Source: Nemertoderma westbladi
Taxonomy: Eukaryota > Animalia > Xenacoelomorpha
Length of the DNA stretch: 34,670 nt
Assembly (NCBI GenBank): GCA_032718475.1
Contig: JAUCBJ010002126.1
Coordinates: forward strand, 1-34,670
Direction of reading: 5' to 3'
In this document: one piece after another, positions 1 through 11,501 of the stretch
How the letters are laid out: each line of letters starts with the position of its first letter
Numbering within the stretch: position 1 is the stretch's first letter
Made by a program: the position numbers and the translations under genes
Notes under the pieces: model-generated
The model's database searches: none
Seen by the model: the letters and a program-made list of their open reading frames with translations, nothing else
What the model was told of the DNA's origin: nothing

Positions 1-2438
1 GAATTATCATGCACTTTAAAATTATGTTGGACTACAAATGCAGCATTCATCATTTCCTCTGCCCTCATTGTGTGAAGATTTGCCTCCTTATCTTCACTTG
101 TCTGCTGATCTATATCTGCAATATTTAAGTAATTTACTGAAAAGGCTTCATGAGCGTATTTATTTTGTGGCTGCTGTTTGATTATTGCTTCATCTATATT
201 TTCAATGGGGTGACCAATTGTTTCAGCTATGTGTACTATTTGATTACCATCACCATGTACTCGGCTGGCAGAAACTGCTTGTGCTGACTCTACCATTCTA
301 TGCCCTGACTCACACTCTGGTGATAATACAGGTAACAGAGTGTCTATTGTTTGAAATCTGACTTGCTTGTCTATAGTGCCAGTTTTGGATGGTGATGCTA
401 CACTCAGTGAGGAATTATTTCTTAATTCATTTATTGCTTGGGCCATAGAATTCATATGTTCTAATGATTCACACTGTATTTTGGATAACTTATCAAGCCT
501 GAGCTGTTCTGTATGCAAATCACTTCTAAACTGCGACAGACAGTCATTATTTGTTTTAGTAATGTTTTCATTATGAGATTGCAAGATTTGCACTTCTCGC
601 ATTACGCCTACATTTTCCTTTAGCTCATCTCGCACTACACTTTTCACACACTCCTTTAGTTCCTCCATTACATGTACCTCACTCTGTTGGGTGTTTTCAG
701 CTACTGAACATGCAGAATTTTCCAGCTCGCCAACTCTATGAGTGAATGGAGGTGTTAAACGTATTGCTACTGGTACTGGCCTTCCATTGAAATCATTAAA
801 TTTTGATGATTGACTTAAGCCTACTATTATCGAGTTACTAGGATTTGCTGACGAGTCAAGATTCCTTGGTGATTCTATGTTACACCTGGGCTTTGTCAAA
901 GTATCAACAATATGAACATTCTGGCCTACATTGTCACTTGATAATTGTTCCTCCTCTACAACTGCATCTTCTAGAATTTGTAACAATTCCTCTTGGCACT
1001 TATTGTCCTCTACTAACTTCGCGAGCTCTGAGGTACGCCTAATGTTATTCTCCTCAATTAGTGCTTTGTGTCTAAGTTGTTCAGCTATTTGTTGAGCTCT
1101 ACGCTCTGCTTCATGTTTTTCTATTTCTGCCTTTCTCTCTGCTTCATGTTTTTCTATTTCTGCCTTTCTCTCTGCCTCATGTTTTTCTATTTCTGCCTTT
1201 CTCTCTGCCTCCTGCTTTTCTATCTCTGCCTTTCTCTCTGCCTCCTGCTTTTCTATCTCAGCCTCCTGCTTCTTTCTCTCTGCCTCTATACGATTTTTCT
1301 CTATGTTCTGAAGAGTATTTTCCTGGCGATTTTTAATTTCGGTGCTTGAATTTATATCAATAGATTTAGCTCTGTTTTCGGCTTCTGTTATAGCCTTACG
1401 TTGTTTTTGAATAAGTAACTGTTGTTTTAAAGGCAAATCAACAGTTAATACAGTCGAAGTTGCGCTTCTGCCAGATTTATAACTTATTTCCGAGTGTGTC
1501 TTAGAACTTAATCGCGATCTGCGAGATACCCTTGACTGTGCTGAAATTGAGTGTTTGCTAGATGCCTTGGACACTACAGTCAAGTTTTGAGATGCCTTTG
1601 AATTGCATGACCGATTTGGTACACTTGAAACCAGTGGTGCCACAGAACTGGCATTGTCTTTGGAATGTGGAGTAAACAGATTTTCGTGTTCAGAAGGATA
1701 TACAATCCTTTCTGAAACTTGACTCCCTGTATTTTCATGGTCAATATAATTTGGAGATGAGACTGATTCACTTGTCGCCTCAGCATGTAGTGACTTTTGG
1801 ATTGCCCCTGATGCAGGTACAATTGGCTGATCAACATATAGTCTATTTGTAGGTATGCCTAATAAATTATCTATTGGACTTGGTAATGTTGCCTCATTGT
1901 CTGGACCTTCTAAAGAATATTCTAGTGGGGTTGAAAAATTTTCAACTGGTACTGGTCTCAAAAATGTATTACCTACATGTACACTTGATGTTTTGTCTGA
2001 CTCCTCCGATGAAGGAAATGTAGGGGTAGTAGCCCTAGTAGGTACCGGTATGTTATTAACAGTAGCCTCATGTACCTTAAGTTCATAAATTGCATTCAGT
2101 GCCTTCCACTCCTGCTCTATGGTGGTAAATTCCCTAACTTGCTCATCCCGATAGCATCTAGCTATATTTGGGTGCAACTGTAACTGATTGACAGTATGTC
2201 TAAATGCTGTAACTGAATGGTCAATGTTGGCCATTCTACCTGCCAATGTATCTAATGGTAATTCATCGCTGGCTAATTTGTCAGCTATGTCTGTTATTTG
2301 CTTCTTTAAATAGGACCTACTTGTTCCAATGGACCTTTTAAGTCTCGATGAAGTTCCACCTTCATCTAAGCTATTGCTACGATCTCTTGGCCTTTGCCGT
2401 AGGTTGAAACCTTTGCGATTTGGAGTAATATCCGACAT
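1..2438 (-). CDS. Long ORF (>=812 codons, runs off the left edge); probable N-terminal Gag region of an LTR retrotransposon, BEL/Pao-like
   Basis: ATG at 2438-2436 (MSDITPNRKGFNLRQRPR...). Read codon by codon to position 3 with no stop; absent from the ORF track because it has no stop in the window. Ser/Arg-rich tract (SKASSKHSISAQSRVSRRSRLSS) followed by an E/K coiled coil resembles BEL/Pao Gag N-termini. No diagnostic domain is reached, so the family is inferred. Confidence 0.7.
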   Translation of the reverse strand, partial: MSDITPNRKGFNLRQRPRDRSNSLDEGGTSSRLKRSIGTSRSYLKKQITDIADKLASDELPLDTLAGRMANIDHSVTAFRHTVNQLQLHPNIARCYRDEQVREFTTIEQEWKALNAIYELKVHEATVNNIPVPTRATTPTFPSSEESDKTSSVHVGNTFLRPVPVENFSTPLEYSLEGPDNEATLPSPIDNLLGIPTNRLYVDQPIVPASGAIQKSLHAEATSESVSSPNYIDHENTGSQVSERIVYPSEHENLFTPHSKDNASSVAPLVSSVPNRSCNSKASQNLTVVSKASSKHSISAQSRVSRRSRLSSKTHSEISYKSGRSATSTVLTVDLPLKQQLLIQKQRKAITEAENRAKSIDINSSTEIKNRQENTLQNIEKNRIEAERKKQEAEIEKQEAERKAEIEKQEAERKAEIEKHEAERKAEIEKHEAERKAEIEKHEAERRAQQIAEQLRHKALIEENNIRRTSELAKLVEDNKCQEELLQILEDAVVEEEQLSSDNVGQNVHIVDTLTKPRCNIESPRNLDSSANPSNSIIVGLSQSSKFNDFNGRPVPVAIRLTPPFTHRVGELENSACSVAENTQQSEVHVMEELKECVKSVVRDELKENVGVMREVQILQSHNENITKTNNDCLSQFRSDLHTEQLRLDKLSKIQCESLEHMNSMAQAINELRNNSSLSVASPSKTGTIDKQVRFQTIDTLLPVLSPECESGHRMVESAQAVSASRVHGDGNQIVHIAETIGHPIENIDEAIIKQQPQNKYAHEAFSVNYLNIADIDQQTSEDKEANLHTMRAEEMMNAAFVVQHNFKVHDN
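1103..1286 (-). repeat. 33-bp coding tandem repeat (~5 copies) encoding EAERKAEIEK(H/Q)
   Basis: Repeating unit ctctgcctcatgtttttctatttctgcctttct and variants, in frame with the long minus-strand ORF. Confidence 0.9.
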
Positions 2439-2814
2439 TGTATTTATAAATGTCAGACTGTACTGTATGTATTGTAAAGTATACTATACCTTTGATTTGT
2501 TATACCTAAGCTATAATAAATATATCTATCCTGTACATAATACCAGTATATAATATAATGTAATATTAAATATAAGTAATTATAAGTACCGGTAAATCCA
2601 ATCTGCCTATAGGACCTAACAGCCTAATGTATACCAGTATGGTATAGCCTATCTGCCTATGTCTACTATGTAGGTAGACAATAATATTGCCAATATGATA
2701 TATATACTTGTATCACAATATCAGTGTAAACTGACTGATAATAATTGCCAACTAGTACCGGTACTGGGTACTGTAAGAATAGGCCTATACCTTGTTACAA
2801 ATACAAGGCTATTT

Positions 2815-2992
2815 ATGTGCCAATGCCAATGCAAAATAATATTAATAATATAAATACTTTATGTCAGTAGTTGTCAACAATGCTATGTGCCAAATGCTAA
2901 TGTGCTAGCTGGCTAGTGCTAACTGCTAAAATGCTATATGCTAATGCCAAAATACTATAGGCCTACAACTACTGCATATGCTAATGCTACCA
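2815..2992. repeat. Degenerate (AATGCY)n short repeats in the putative 5' UTR
   Basis: Many aatgcc/aatgct/aatgca/gtgct units seen directly. Confidence 0.55.
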
Positions 2993-3746
2993 AAAATTGA
3001 GAGAAGAATGTAGGCCTGTATGAATAAAATATATTTAGAAATTGCGCTGCGCTTAAAAATAAAACACTCTGAAAACTGGAAAAATTGAAAAAAGAAAAAA
3101 AATGGGTGAATGCGCCGTTCTCTGCCGTGTATTACCAATCTTGCATGGAATCTGTATTCCTGGCCAGTAAATACAGACTCCCAAAAATAGTAACACAAAA
3201 CAGAAAATAGCACACTGTCACACTACATAAGCTGGTACCGGTATTTCAGCATTTAACATTGTTCAGTTGTTTAAGCAGATTAAATGATTTTGTAAAAATC
3301 TAGTTAGGCTATGTGGCCTCTATGGTTATTCAGTATGGTACTTCAGTAGGCCTACTTACACGCAGTCAGCCTACAGCCTACGTGGTCGGGCTGACCGGTT
3401 TCAGCAGCTCGGTGAGAATTCAGGAATTAATAAGAGAGAATTTTATAACCACCGGCCGTACTTTACCGTATGGTTTAGCGTTCAGCATTAAACGGATTCA
3501 ATAGGCCTAATAGGCTACTATTCAGCTATTTGACCGTTTTTTTTTTTTGAAATTTTTGAAATGAATGCCCTTTTTTTTTTTTTTTATAGAAAACGTGTTT
3601 TATAATGTTGGGGGGTGTAGCTAGCTATCCGTCATATCGGGTGGTCAATGTTTTATAATGCGCCTAAAATGGGATAGCGGTCAAATTAGGCGCGGCTGTG
3701 AAAGCTTGTAGGCGGTTACCGGAAGTACAAATCTAGACTAAATTTT

Positions 3747-4462
3747 TGTGGTCGCATTTGGTTTTGATCAGGTCACTAGCTGACTGGCGCTGCTGTCTAT
3801 TCTCTCTTACGCATCCCGCATACTGATAGAAATAACTTAATAATATTAATAAGACTAAGGCTATGTTTGTATTATCATGTACATTAGCAATTCATTACTG
3901 CATTACCGGTAGTGTACTTGATAAAGGTACCGGCTGTTAATATAATACGGTCCGACGGTATCTGAATATGATTATTACCGGTATTGAAAATAAGACTTAT
4001 AAGAAGACTGAATGCTGGTATGATTGCGATACACGGTAAATATAAATATATGATATAATAATGAAATAGCAGAATAAATGGAAAAGTATACGCTATAATC
4101 AGTATGAATAAGAATGAATGAATGCTGATTATACTGACTAAAACTAATTGTAAGTTGCCAATTACTATAAGTCACTGTGAGAAAGATAAAACACGATGCG
4201 ACCACCTAGACTCTAGACTGAAGATCGCATAACAAAATAGTTCAACTAACTAGCTAGGTCAACTGGCAATACATAATGAGTGAAGTCTGAATTGTGCTAC
4301 CGGTAAAATGCTAAGGTGCTGAATTGAACAATTACTAATCAAATACTGAATATACAGCTCTGAATCAGGCATTTATATGACGGGACGGCGTTCTACATAT
4401 TCTACCGGCTTATCCAATCAGAACTTAGTATGCTCGCTACCTATACTATATGACACAGCACA
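3747..4462 (-). mobile_element. Putative 5' LTR (~716 bp) of the minus-strand element
   Basis: Minus strand begins TGTG at 4462 and ends CACA at 3747; ATTGG (CCAAT) box near 4414-4418 followed by a TATAAA near 4372-4377; lies upstream of the long ORF and cuts off a different ORF on its right. No partner LTR in the window, so ends are unconfirmed. Confidence 0.5.
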
Positions 4463-5225
4463 TTTCCTATGATATTAGATAATAGAGGCGAACACTATCC
4501 GCTTTAGTTTATGGCCATGTGGCTGAGTTCAATCGGCATATAGGGACCCTCACGCATGAACTACAGACCATGCAGCCTGACCCTAGGACAAACCCAGCTG
4601 CATATTTCGAGGTTACGGAAATAGCTTGCAGAATCAGGCTAGTTTTATCCGCCTTTCAGGAAGTAGCTTAGTACTGTAGACACCAGGACGCAGAGCTTGC
4701 TTCCATAGTCAATAGACAGTTAATGGAAGTAGCGGTAACTGCGGGGAAGGCACTTGCACTCGAAAGGCTGCATGGGCCGACCATTCCCCCAGGTGCGGAC
4801 ATAGACTGTTTGGGCACCATAGCACAGGGCAACCTAAACACCGACTCGGAGGTTTCTGGAGAAGGTGAGGACATGGATGCAATATCCAGATACCTACGAC
4901 CCTATATAGCCATAGTAGGAGAGGCAGAACTGTGCAGGAGGTTAAAGGGTTTAGCCCCCTCTAGCCATGAATCAATGGCAGTTCTAGAAGAAATAGAAGC
5001 CGAGCGTGATATGCAAGCACAAGCAGAAGAGCATGCGGCTGATAAGGAAATCTTAGAAATGAAGTTGCGGTTAAACGCATACCAGCTGCATAATAAAACC
5101 AGTAAGCGCGCCGCGGAAATACAGCTGGAAGCAGCTAAGGAAACCACTGAACTGCAGTTAGAAGCAGCTAAAGAATCAACTGAGCGAAAGCTGAAAGCTG
5201 TTAAAGAACCAGCTAAGTTACAGTT
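4463..5225 (+). pseudogene. Truncated coiled-coil ORF fragment, possibly Gag N-terminus of another retroelement
   Basis: ORF 4723-5313 extends upstream in frame (ALVYGHVAEFNRHIGTLTHELQ...) through one TAG; has (E)(I/L)QLEAAKE repeats; coding-like composition ends at 5225 where a CAC-terminated element starts. Confidence 0.4.
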
Positions 5226-5830
5226 CACGGTGGGGCTGAACCAACGTTTTATATTCTTAAAATTACAAAATAAATTAGTAATACTATTTATAATAATGCT
5301 ATATGTATTATAAAAAATGCCCAGACCAAATTATAGCATTTATCGACAATTTCAATCAACCTGATTTCGAATCTGTTAATTTTATAATATTTCGTCGCCT
5401 GTCTTTTAGAGTAATTAAATAAATTAGATATTAAATAATATTAATATTATATTAGCAAACAGACTAATATATTCAATCGTAGTGAAGTCAACTTACCGTA
5501 CTGCTATTGCATTGATATTAGTATCATTCGAACCGCAATGGTCGATTTAGTGGGGGTAGACACCATCAAAACAATTGTCGAGTTATTGCTTCTCGAGATA
5601 TCGGTCAAAATGAGAGCGCCGACTCAATAAATGAGCACATAACTTCAGCAATTTAATATCAATATATCACAATATCACAAAAACTATAAATTTTTTTATA
5701 CTACTATTGTTTTGTAGGAATCTACAACTACTAATTCAACAATTGCGGTTCAAATAAGCATATTCCCTAAGTCTGTTATTTATGTCGAAGTCTGATTTTT
5801 AGTGATATGGTGATATATTGCATTAACTAC
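5226..5830 (+). mobile_element. Left end of a CMC/Chapaev-like DNA transposon (fragment)
   Basis: Abrupt switch to AT-rich DNA at CACGGTGGGG; subterminal motifs (gatttcgaatctg, tcgagatatcg) resemble those in the 15518-17094 element (gatttcaaatctg, tcgagatatcg). No matching right end found; right boundary approximate. Confidence 0.4.
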
Positions 5831-6370
5831 GTGCTAGCACGAAATTTTGAAAATCCATTCAATAGATAAAATTGCTTGTGACAATTTATTTCTTGCGTTT
5901 TAGAGGTTTATGGCTGTTCTGAATTCAATGGAATATATAATTATCGACCTAGACATCTCAAACTTGTATTTTTCGGAAGTGGGTGCAAAATGTGGTGCTA
6001 GTAATTTTGATATATATAATAGTAATTGTGCTACTGAATTTTGAAAACCATCAAATATATCAATTGATTGTGTCACCTTGTTTCTTGCGTTATACGGGTT
6101 TGTGAGGGTTCTGAATTCAATGGAATCAGTAAAAATTTCATAAGAGTTTTCAAACTTGTATTTTTCGCTGGTGGGTGAAAATTGTTGTGCCAGCACCAAA
6201 TTTTGGAAAATAAGCAAATTGATCAGTAGATAGTATCATCTTGTTTCTGGCGTTATACGGGTTTATGAGGGTCCTGAATCCGATGGAATCAATAAAAACA
6301 GCACTGGACATCGCAAACTTGTACATTTTGGTGACGGGTGCGAAATTTGGTGCTAGCACCAAATTTGCCA
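5830..6370. repeat. Three diverged ~160-190 bp tandem units
   Basis: Core tttct(t/g)gcgtt...ggttt...ctgaat(t/c)c(a/g)atggaat...caaacttgta...gtgc recurs at about 5890, 6081 and 6244. Confidence 0.75.
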
Positions 6371-6399
6371 AATTACGCCGAAAAATAAAAGTATCAATG

Positions 6400-6908
6400 A
6401 TCTGGCATATTAGAAATGTATTCCATTAGAATCAGCGCCCTAGAAAACCTGAAAGTGTGAATTTATAGCATCGTATAAGTGAATTAAAAATTTTGTGTTC
6501 TAACTGAAAAGTGCTGGTTACTTGTTTTTTTCATTTTTTTCCTACGCAGAGAGGACTAAACAGCCATTTATAGTAATCATATCATTTTTAAATATTTTCC
6601 AATGTATTTTGCGCCCCAGAAAACATGTATTGAAAAACAATTAGCCGAAAAATGTAACTTTCAAATTTTGTGAAAATTGTGCACTACTTGTAATTTTGGT
6701 GAAGCAATATAACCACCCCAGTACATTTTTTCGAAAATTTTTTTTTCGGTCGGATCCAGACTAGTGATACCTACGTACAAACAAAAAATCAGACGTTTTC
6801 GTAAAAATTTGTAGATTTTAGAGGGGAGGGGGTCAATATGACCCCCCCCCCCCCCCCCCCCACCCGGTATTTGTACAACATTTTATAGCCCGGCACTAAT
6901 AGGGTTAA
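6400..6908. mobile_element. Right end of a piggyBac-like non-autonomous element
   Basis: Ends ...ctaatAGGG-TTAA (6901-6908), the CCCT/TTAA terminus typical of piggyBac; subterminal palindrome ggggtcaatatgacccc at about 6829-6845. Left end not found. Confidence 0.5.
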
Positions 6909-7153
6909 ACATACAATATATTTCAACCATCCAAACTGATTGTCAGTAATATGTCATTTTTTAACGTTAAACATACAATATTTTTTGATGATCCAAATAC
7001 CTACCGTTTAGCGTAATTTGCGTTAATTTTTAACGTTAAAAGGGTGGCCAAACCAACGTTATTTATATGTATTTTTTACGTTAATAATTAACGTTGGCAT
7101 TGTCAGAAAATAACGTATATTAATGCATTATTAACGTTAAATTGTTTGCAGGG
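6909..7153. mobile_element. Right end of a small non-autonomous DNA element rich in AACGTT palindromes
   Basis: Repeated (tt)aacgtt(aa) motifs and terminus ...tgtttgcaggg, similar to CCC(A/T)GCAAAC-ended EnSpm-like MITEs. Partner end absent. Confidence 0.4.
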
Positions 7154-7154
7154 T

Positions 7155-7445
7155 TATGTCCCATATAAGGTGTTTGTGTCCCAGAAAGGGTGTTTTTGTC
7201 CCAAATAGTGTGTGACTTTCTCAAAATGATATTAAATAGTTTCTAAATATATCATGAATATAGAATTAGATTATAGAATATAGAACTCAAAAGAATATAG
7301 AATTCATAACCATAGCTCTAATTTAAATTTATCCCAAATAGGTTGTTTGTGTCCCATATAGGGTATTTTTGTTCCAAATAGCTTGTGTTGTGACTTTCAC
7401 AAAATGATTTTACATAGTTTATAAATATAATGGAATACTCAAAAG
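7155..7445 (-). repeat. Satellite (~170-180 bp unit with 20-bp subrepeats), left arm
   Basis: tgtcccatataaggtgtttg subrepeats plus tgactttc(t/a)caaaatgat block twice; reverse complement of 9184-9486. Confidence 0.8.
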
Positions 7446-7455
7446 ACACACCCTA

Positions 7456-9183
7456 CAGTCAGGGAGAAGTTCAAATTTCAAATCAGTTGAAATTTAAAAC
7501 TTTTTTTTTTAAATTCAACTTTTAAGTTGTAAATTCAACTCTAAAATGGCAGGAGGCCCAGAAGGCGCCCAAGACGTGACAGAAGGGGTGTTTTTATTGT
7601 TTTTATGGATGTAACTCGAAAAATTAACCCTCATTACCGATGGAATAAAAACTTTCACCGTCGGGAATACTTTATTTGAATAAATTTTAAATGATAAATT
7701 TTTTTGCTTTACATTTGCAAATTAGCGGAAATACTATGGGAATTTATTAGATGTATTAAATTACCGCTGAATGTCCTAATTGTTATAATGATAAATGGAA
7801 TACCTGTTCGCGCTTTCGAAGACCTTTAGCAGTTTAACCTGCCAAAATTTATATGTCTTTTCGTTAATTAAAACCACTTTAGCATACGACAATAATTTAT
7901 GCTAATACGCAAAACATTAGCCGAAGTCAGCCCATGCGCGATCATTCACCCGATGGATCTACACCCGGGAGACTGAATTCGGATGCTTGAATTGTATTAT
8001 TACAGTGTAAGGTTGCAGTGTATACCTAATGTATTATTCGATAGATCGTTAATAATTAATCTCTGACAGATATTATTGGCTTTCGGGAAATATTAACAGT
8101 TCCTTTAGGACGTGGCGCTTTATCTATTTAAACAGAACTAAGACTTATACTAAACGCAACGATACTGCTTATGATTAAAGTATAAAACGTATTCTTTAGG
8201 AAATACTTTGTTACCAATCACAATCATACACACTATTCTGCCGACAGTCAGTATATTTGATCACACATAAAGAGAGCAGTAATTGACTCACGTAGGGTCT
8301 GCTAAATAACATTGGATTCAATACACACCACATTAATATAAATCGCAATTGTTATATATAGCCGGTCTCTCTAACCTGTAGTGTTATCAAGAAAATTGGG
8401 AATTGGGTGATTTATCCGTATTATCCAAATAGCAATATTTCCATCAACAAATATTTACAATTAATAACTGACGGTAAAATAACAGTACAAACAATATGAT
8501 TAATGAGTTAGGTTAGATGATTGATTTAAGTCAGTGAGTTTAGTTAGGTAACAGTTTATACTTTCGATAATTCAAGCAGTTTACGGTACAGCAGTATCTA
8601 TCCAAAAATGCCGGTGTTTCTGGCTTAGACAGCAATAACAACAAAGTATCAAGAAAAAACAGTAAGACTGAACACTCTCCTTATGATCGGCAGGAAAGCT
8701 ACACGTCGACAGGAAAAACCGCCCTGATTGGCCCAAGCCAAACAAAGAACCACGCGTCCAATGGCTGTTTCCATGTCAGCAACCAGCTGCTAGATGTCGT
8801 AATATGAATCATCACGGCTAAGCTGTGAAAGGTGGTTGGTGCATTACAAGTTTTTTGTCTTACCATGTCCGCTAAAACACGTATATAGCAGAATGATTTT
8901 TATGTCCGTTAAAACACCTGTAAAGGTACCTTGCGGGCGAGGGGAATATATATACAGTTAGGAAACCCTTTTTAGAGTATTCCAGCGCCTGGGGGGGAAC
9001 TGGCCAGCAAAGGCAAACGTATCAGTTATCCCACAAAAGCTTTTACAATACCAGTAATGGATTCCAATTCCATATTTCAGTGTTTCCAAAGCTACTCCAA
9101 AAGTTGAATTTAAAAAAAAGTTGAATTTTAAAAAATAAAGTTGAAATTTCAACTCAGTTGAAAATAGACCTTCTCCCCGACTG
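7456..9183. mobile_element. 1728-bp TIR element with CAG...CTG ends and 5-bp TSD CCCTA (hAT5-like candidate), no intact transposase
   Basis: Left cagtcagggagaagttcaaatttcaaatcagttgaaattt matches reverse complement of right aaatttcaactcagttgaaaatagaccttctccccgactg; CCCTA at 7451-7455 and 9184-9188; removing it restores a satellite subunit (acaccctata). Confidence 0.8.
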
Positions 9184-9486
9184 CCCTATACAGGACACAA
9201 ACACCCTATATGGGACACAAACACCTTATATGGGACACAAACAACCTATTTGGGCCAAATTTAAATTAAAGCTATAATAATTAATTATATTTTCTTTAGA
9301 GTATTCCATTATATTTATAAACTATGTAAAATCATTTTGAGAAAGTCACACGCTATTTGGGACACAAACACCCTTTATGGGACACAAACACCCTCTATGG
9401 GAAATAAACAACCTATTTGGGACAAATTGAAATTAAAGCTATGGTTATGAATTCTATTTTCTTTTGAGTATTCCATTATATTTATT
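9184..9486 (+). repeat. Satellite, right arm (inverted relative to 7155-7445)
   Basis: gggacacaaacaccctatat 20-mers and gagtattccattatattta block repeated. Confidence 0.8.
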
Positions 9487-9554
9487 TGTCATATTTTTTG
9501 TCATATTATTTATTGTCATATTTGACATATTTGCCATTATATTTTCAATAAGCA

Positions 9555-11501
9555 TCAGTGGACAGTCGCGCCCATTGACTCAGCCACACTCCAGGTTCAC
9601 TTTCAAGGAGCTGCCATTGACCCCCTCCCCCCCCCCCCCCCCCCCCCACACCCGCCAACCATTCCTTCAACCTCTGTTGAGGAATGACAAGAACAATGGT
9701 TTAACTCGCTTATAACAGAAGATGAAATATACAGCCAGCATTAACAATTCTGCTAATGGGAAAGCCAATGGTTTAGACGGGATTTACTACGAGCATCTTA
9801 AATTAACAATGCCGTTTACCCTAACGATACTAGTGACTTTATACAATAACGCGTGAATCAACTTAGGACGGATACCGCTTCTTTGGAAAGAAAGCCTTAT
9901 TATGATTCTTTACAAAGGGAACGGAGCAATAAACAACTCCAATAACTGTAGGGGAATCGCCTTGATTTCAGTTCTGTTAAAAACGTTTACTTCCATAAAC
10001 AATACTCGTGTAGGTTTGTTTGTTTCACAACTTTTTCCTGATAAGCAGTTCGGATTCAGACCTAGCAGATCTTGTTCCCACGCCATACAAATCTTACTTA
10101 CATTCATAGCCACAGCCTTACAATCAGCTAACTGAGAGGATAGGAAAGTATACATCTGCTTCATTGATTTTCGTAAAGCCTTTGATTTTGTACACCGAGC
10201 GATTCTGCTGTCGAAAATCTATGACATTGGCATCAAAGGTAAACTGTTTAACGTTATCAAGGATTTATTACAATTTAACTATATTCATATTTTCTATGGG
10301 CTTTGCATCACCAACAAAATTCTGCATCTCCAAGGCATACTACAGGGAGACTGCTTTTCGCCCACGTGTTTTATTATATTTATCACTGACTTGGCAACTA
10401 TGTTACGTCAGGCAATTACACACTTAAAGTTCTTGTTCTATGCGGAAGATCTTGTTTTTTATTCAACGGACAAACAGGCAATTAAAATGTGATAACTCAC
10501 ACCTGGTGTATAAACAATAATATGGAAATTAATATGGACAAGACAAAGATAATTAAATTTCGCAAAGGAGTGGCACCTAGCTTGTACTGATAACTTTACT
10601 TACGGGGGTCAAACCGTACCAATCTGCAACCAGTATGAATATCTGGGGGTAATAGTACAAACTTCACTCAGCTTCAGTGAACACATAAAATCAAAAAAGA
10701 AAAAGTGCTATAGGATTATTGCATCAATAACAAACTTGCAGCTCGTTTCCATTGAAACAGGTCTTAGAATATTTCACATGAAAATTGCCCCCATTGCCCT
10801 ATATGCCTTTCCAATATTCGCTCGTTTTCTTAAGCTCTCACACCTAAAGGAAAGAGCCCTAATTAAAACAACACACATAAAGAGAATGCTGGGTTTACAT
10901 ATATCAGTTTCATCGACGTTGGTGCTGCACCTACTCAGGGAGAAAACATTCATTGCTGACATTTTACTAAAATATCCAACCATTTTTGACACTGGTGTAC
11001 TTGAAAAATACCATGAATTTAGACAGGACCGAGAAAACAATTTTCTTTCTGAACTCTACGAAATGGGACTGGCATTTACTACATCTACATGGAAACTGGC
11101 CTGACAGACAAACCGACACATCATTGCCAGGACGACCGCCCACGGTTTTCACCATAAACTCTGTACAAACAAAAAGCCTTTCCAAACACTTTCACCACTC
11201 TGCTACTGCCACTATTGTTTACTACCTTGCCCACAGTGATATCATGTTCTACAATGTGCCGCATGCCCACCAATACCCATACTTGCAAGTTGCAACTGCA
11301 TAACTTATGTCGAACTAAATACTATTTGTGCTACTATTCCCTGTCCTGGGGGAGGAGGGTGTGATATCACTAATTTGATTGTCATTTAATTATTATTATA
11401 TGAATGTATTTAGATTGATTATAAATGAATAAATTGCACCACATGAATAAATTGCACAACATGAATAAATTACACAACATGAATAAATGGCACAACATGA
11501 A
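9555..11501 (+). mobile_element. 5'-truncated, decayed non-LTR retrotransposon (LINE) RT region, RTE-X-like
   Basis: Across stops and frameshifts: GKANGLDGI, NNCRGIALISVLLKTFT, QFGFR, CFIDFRKAFD, GILQGDCFSP, FYAEDL (YADD site, 10439-10450), INMDKTKII, YEYLGV, and a Cys/His-rich C-terminus near 11200-11260. Clade assignment is by resemblance only. Confidence 0.88.
11425..11501 (+). repeat. 18-bp tandem tail (ATGAATAAATTGCACAAC) x4 at the LINE 3' end
   Basis: Four near-identical units, each containing AATAAA. Confidence 0.85.

Noticed and set aside
1068-1349. Hydrophobic 93-aa plus-strand ORF
   Set aside because: Antisense shadow of the E/K repeat in the long minus-strand ORF.
5900-6429. Short ORFs in the tandem units, and 15895-16116 in the TIR
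   Set aside because: Chance frames in repetitive non-coding transposon DNA.
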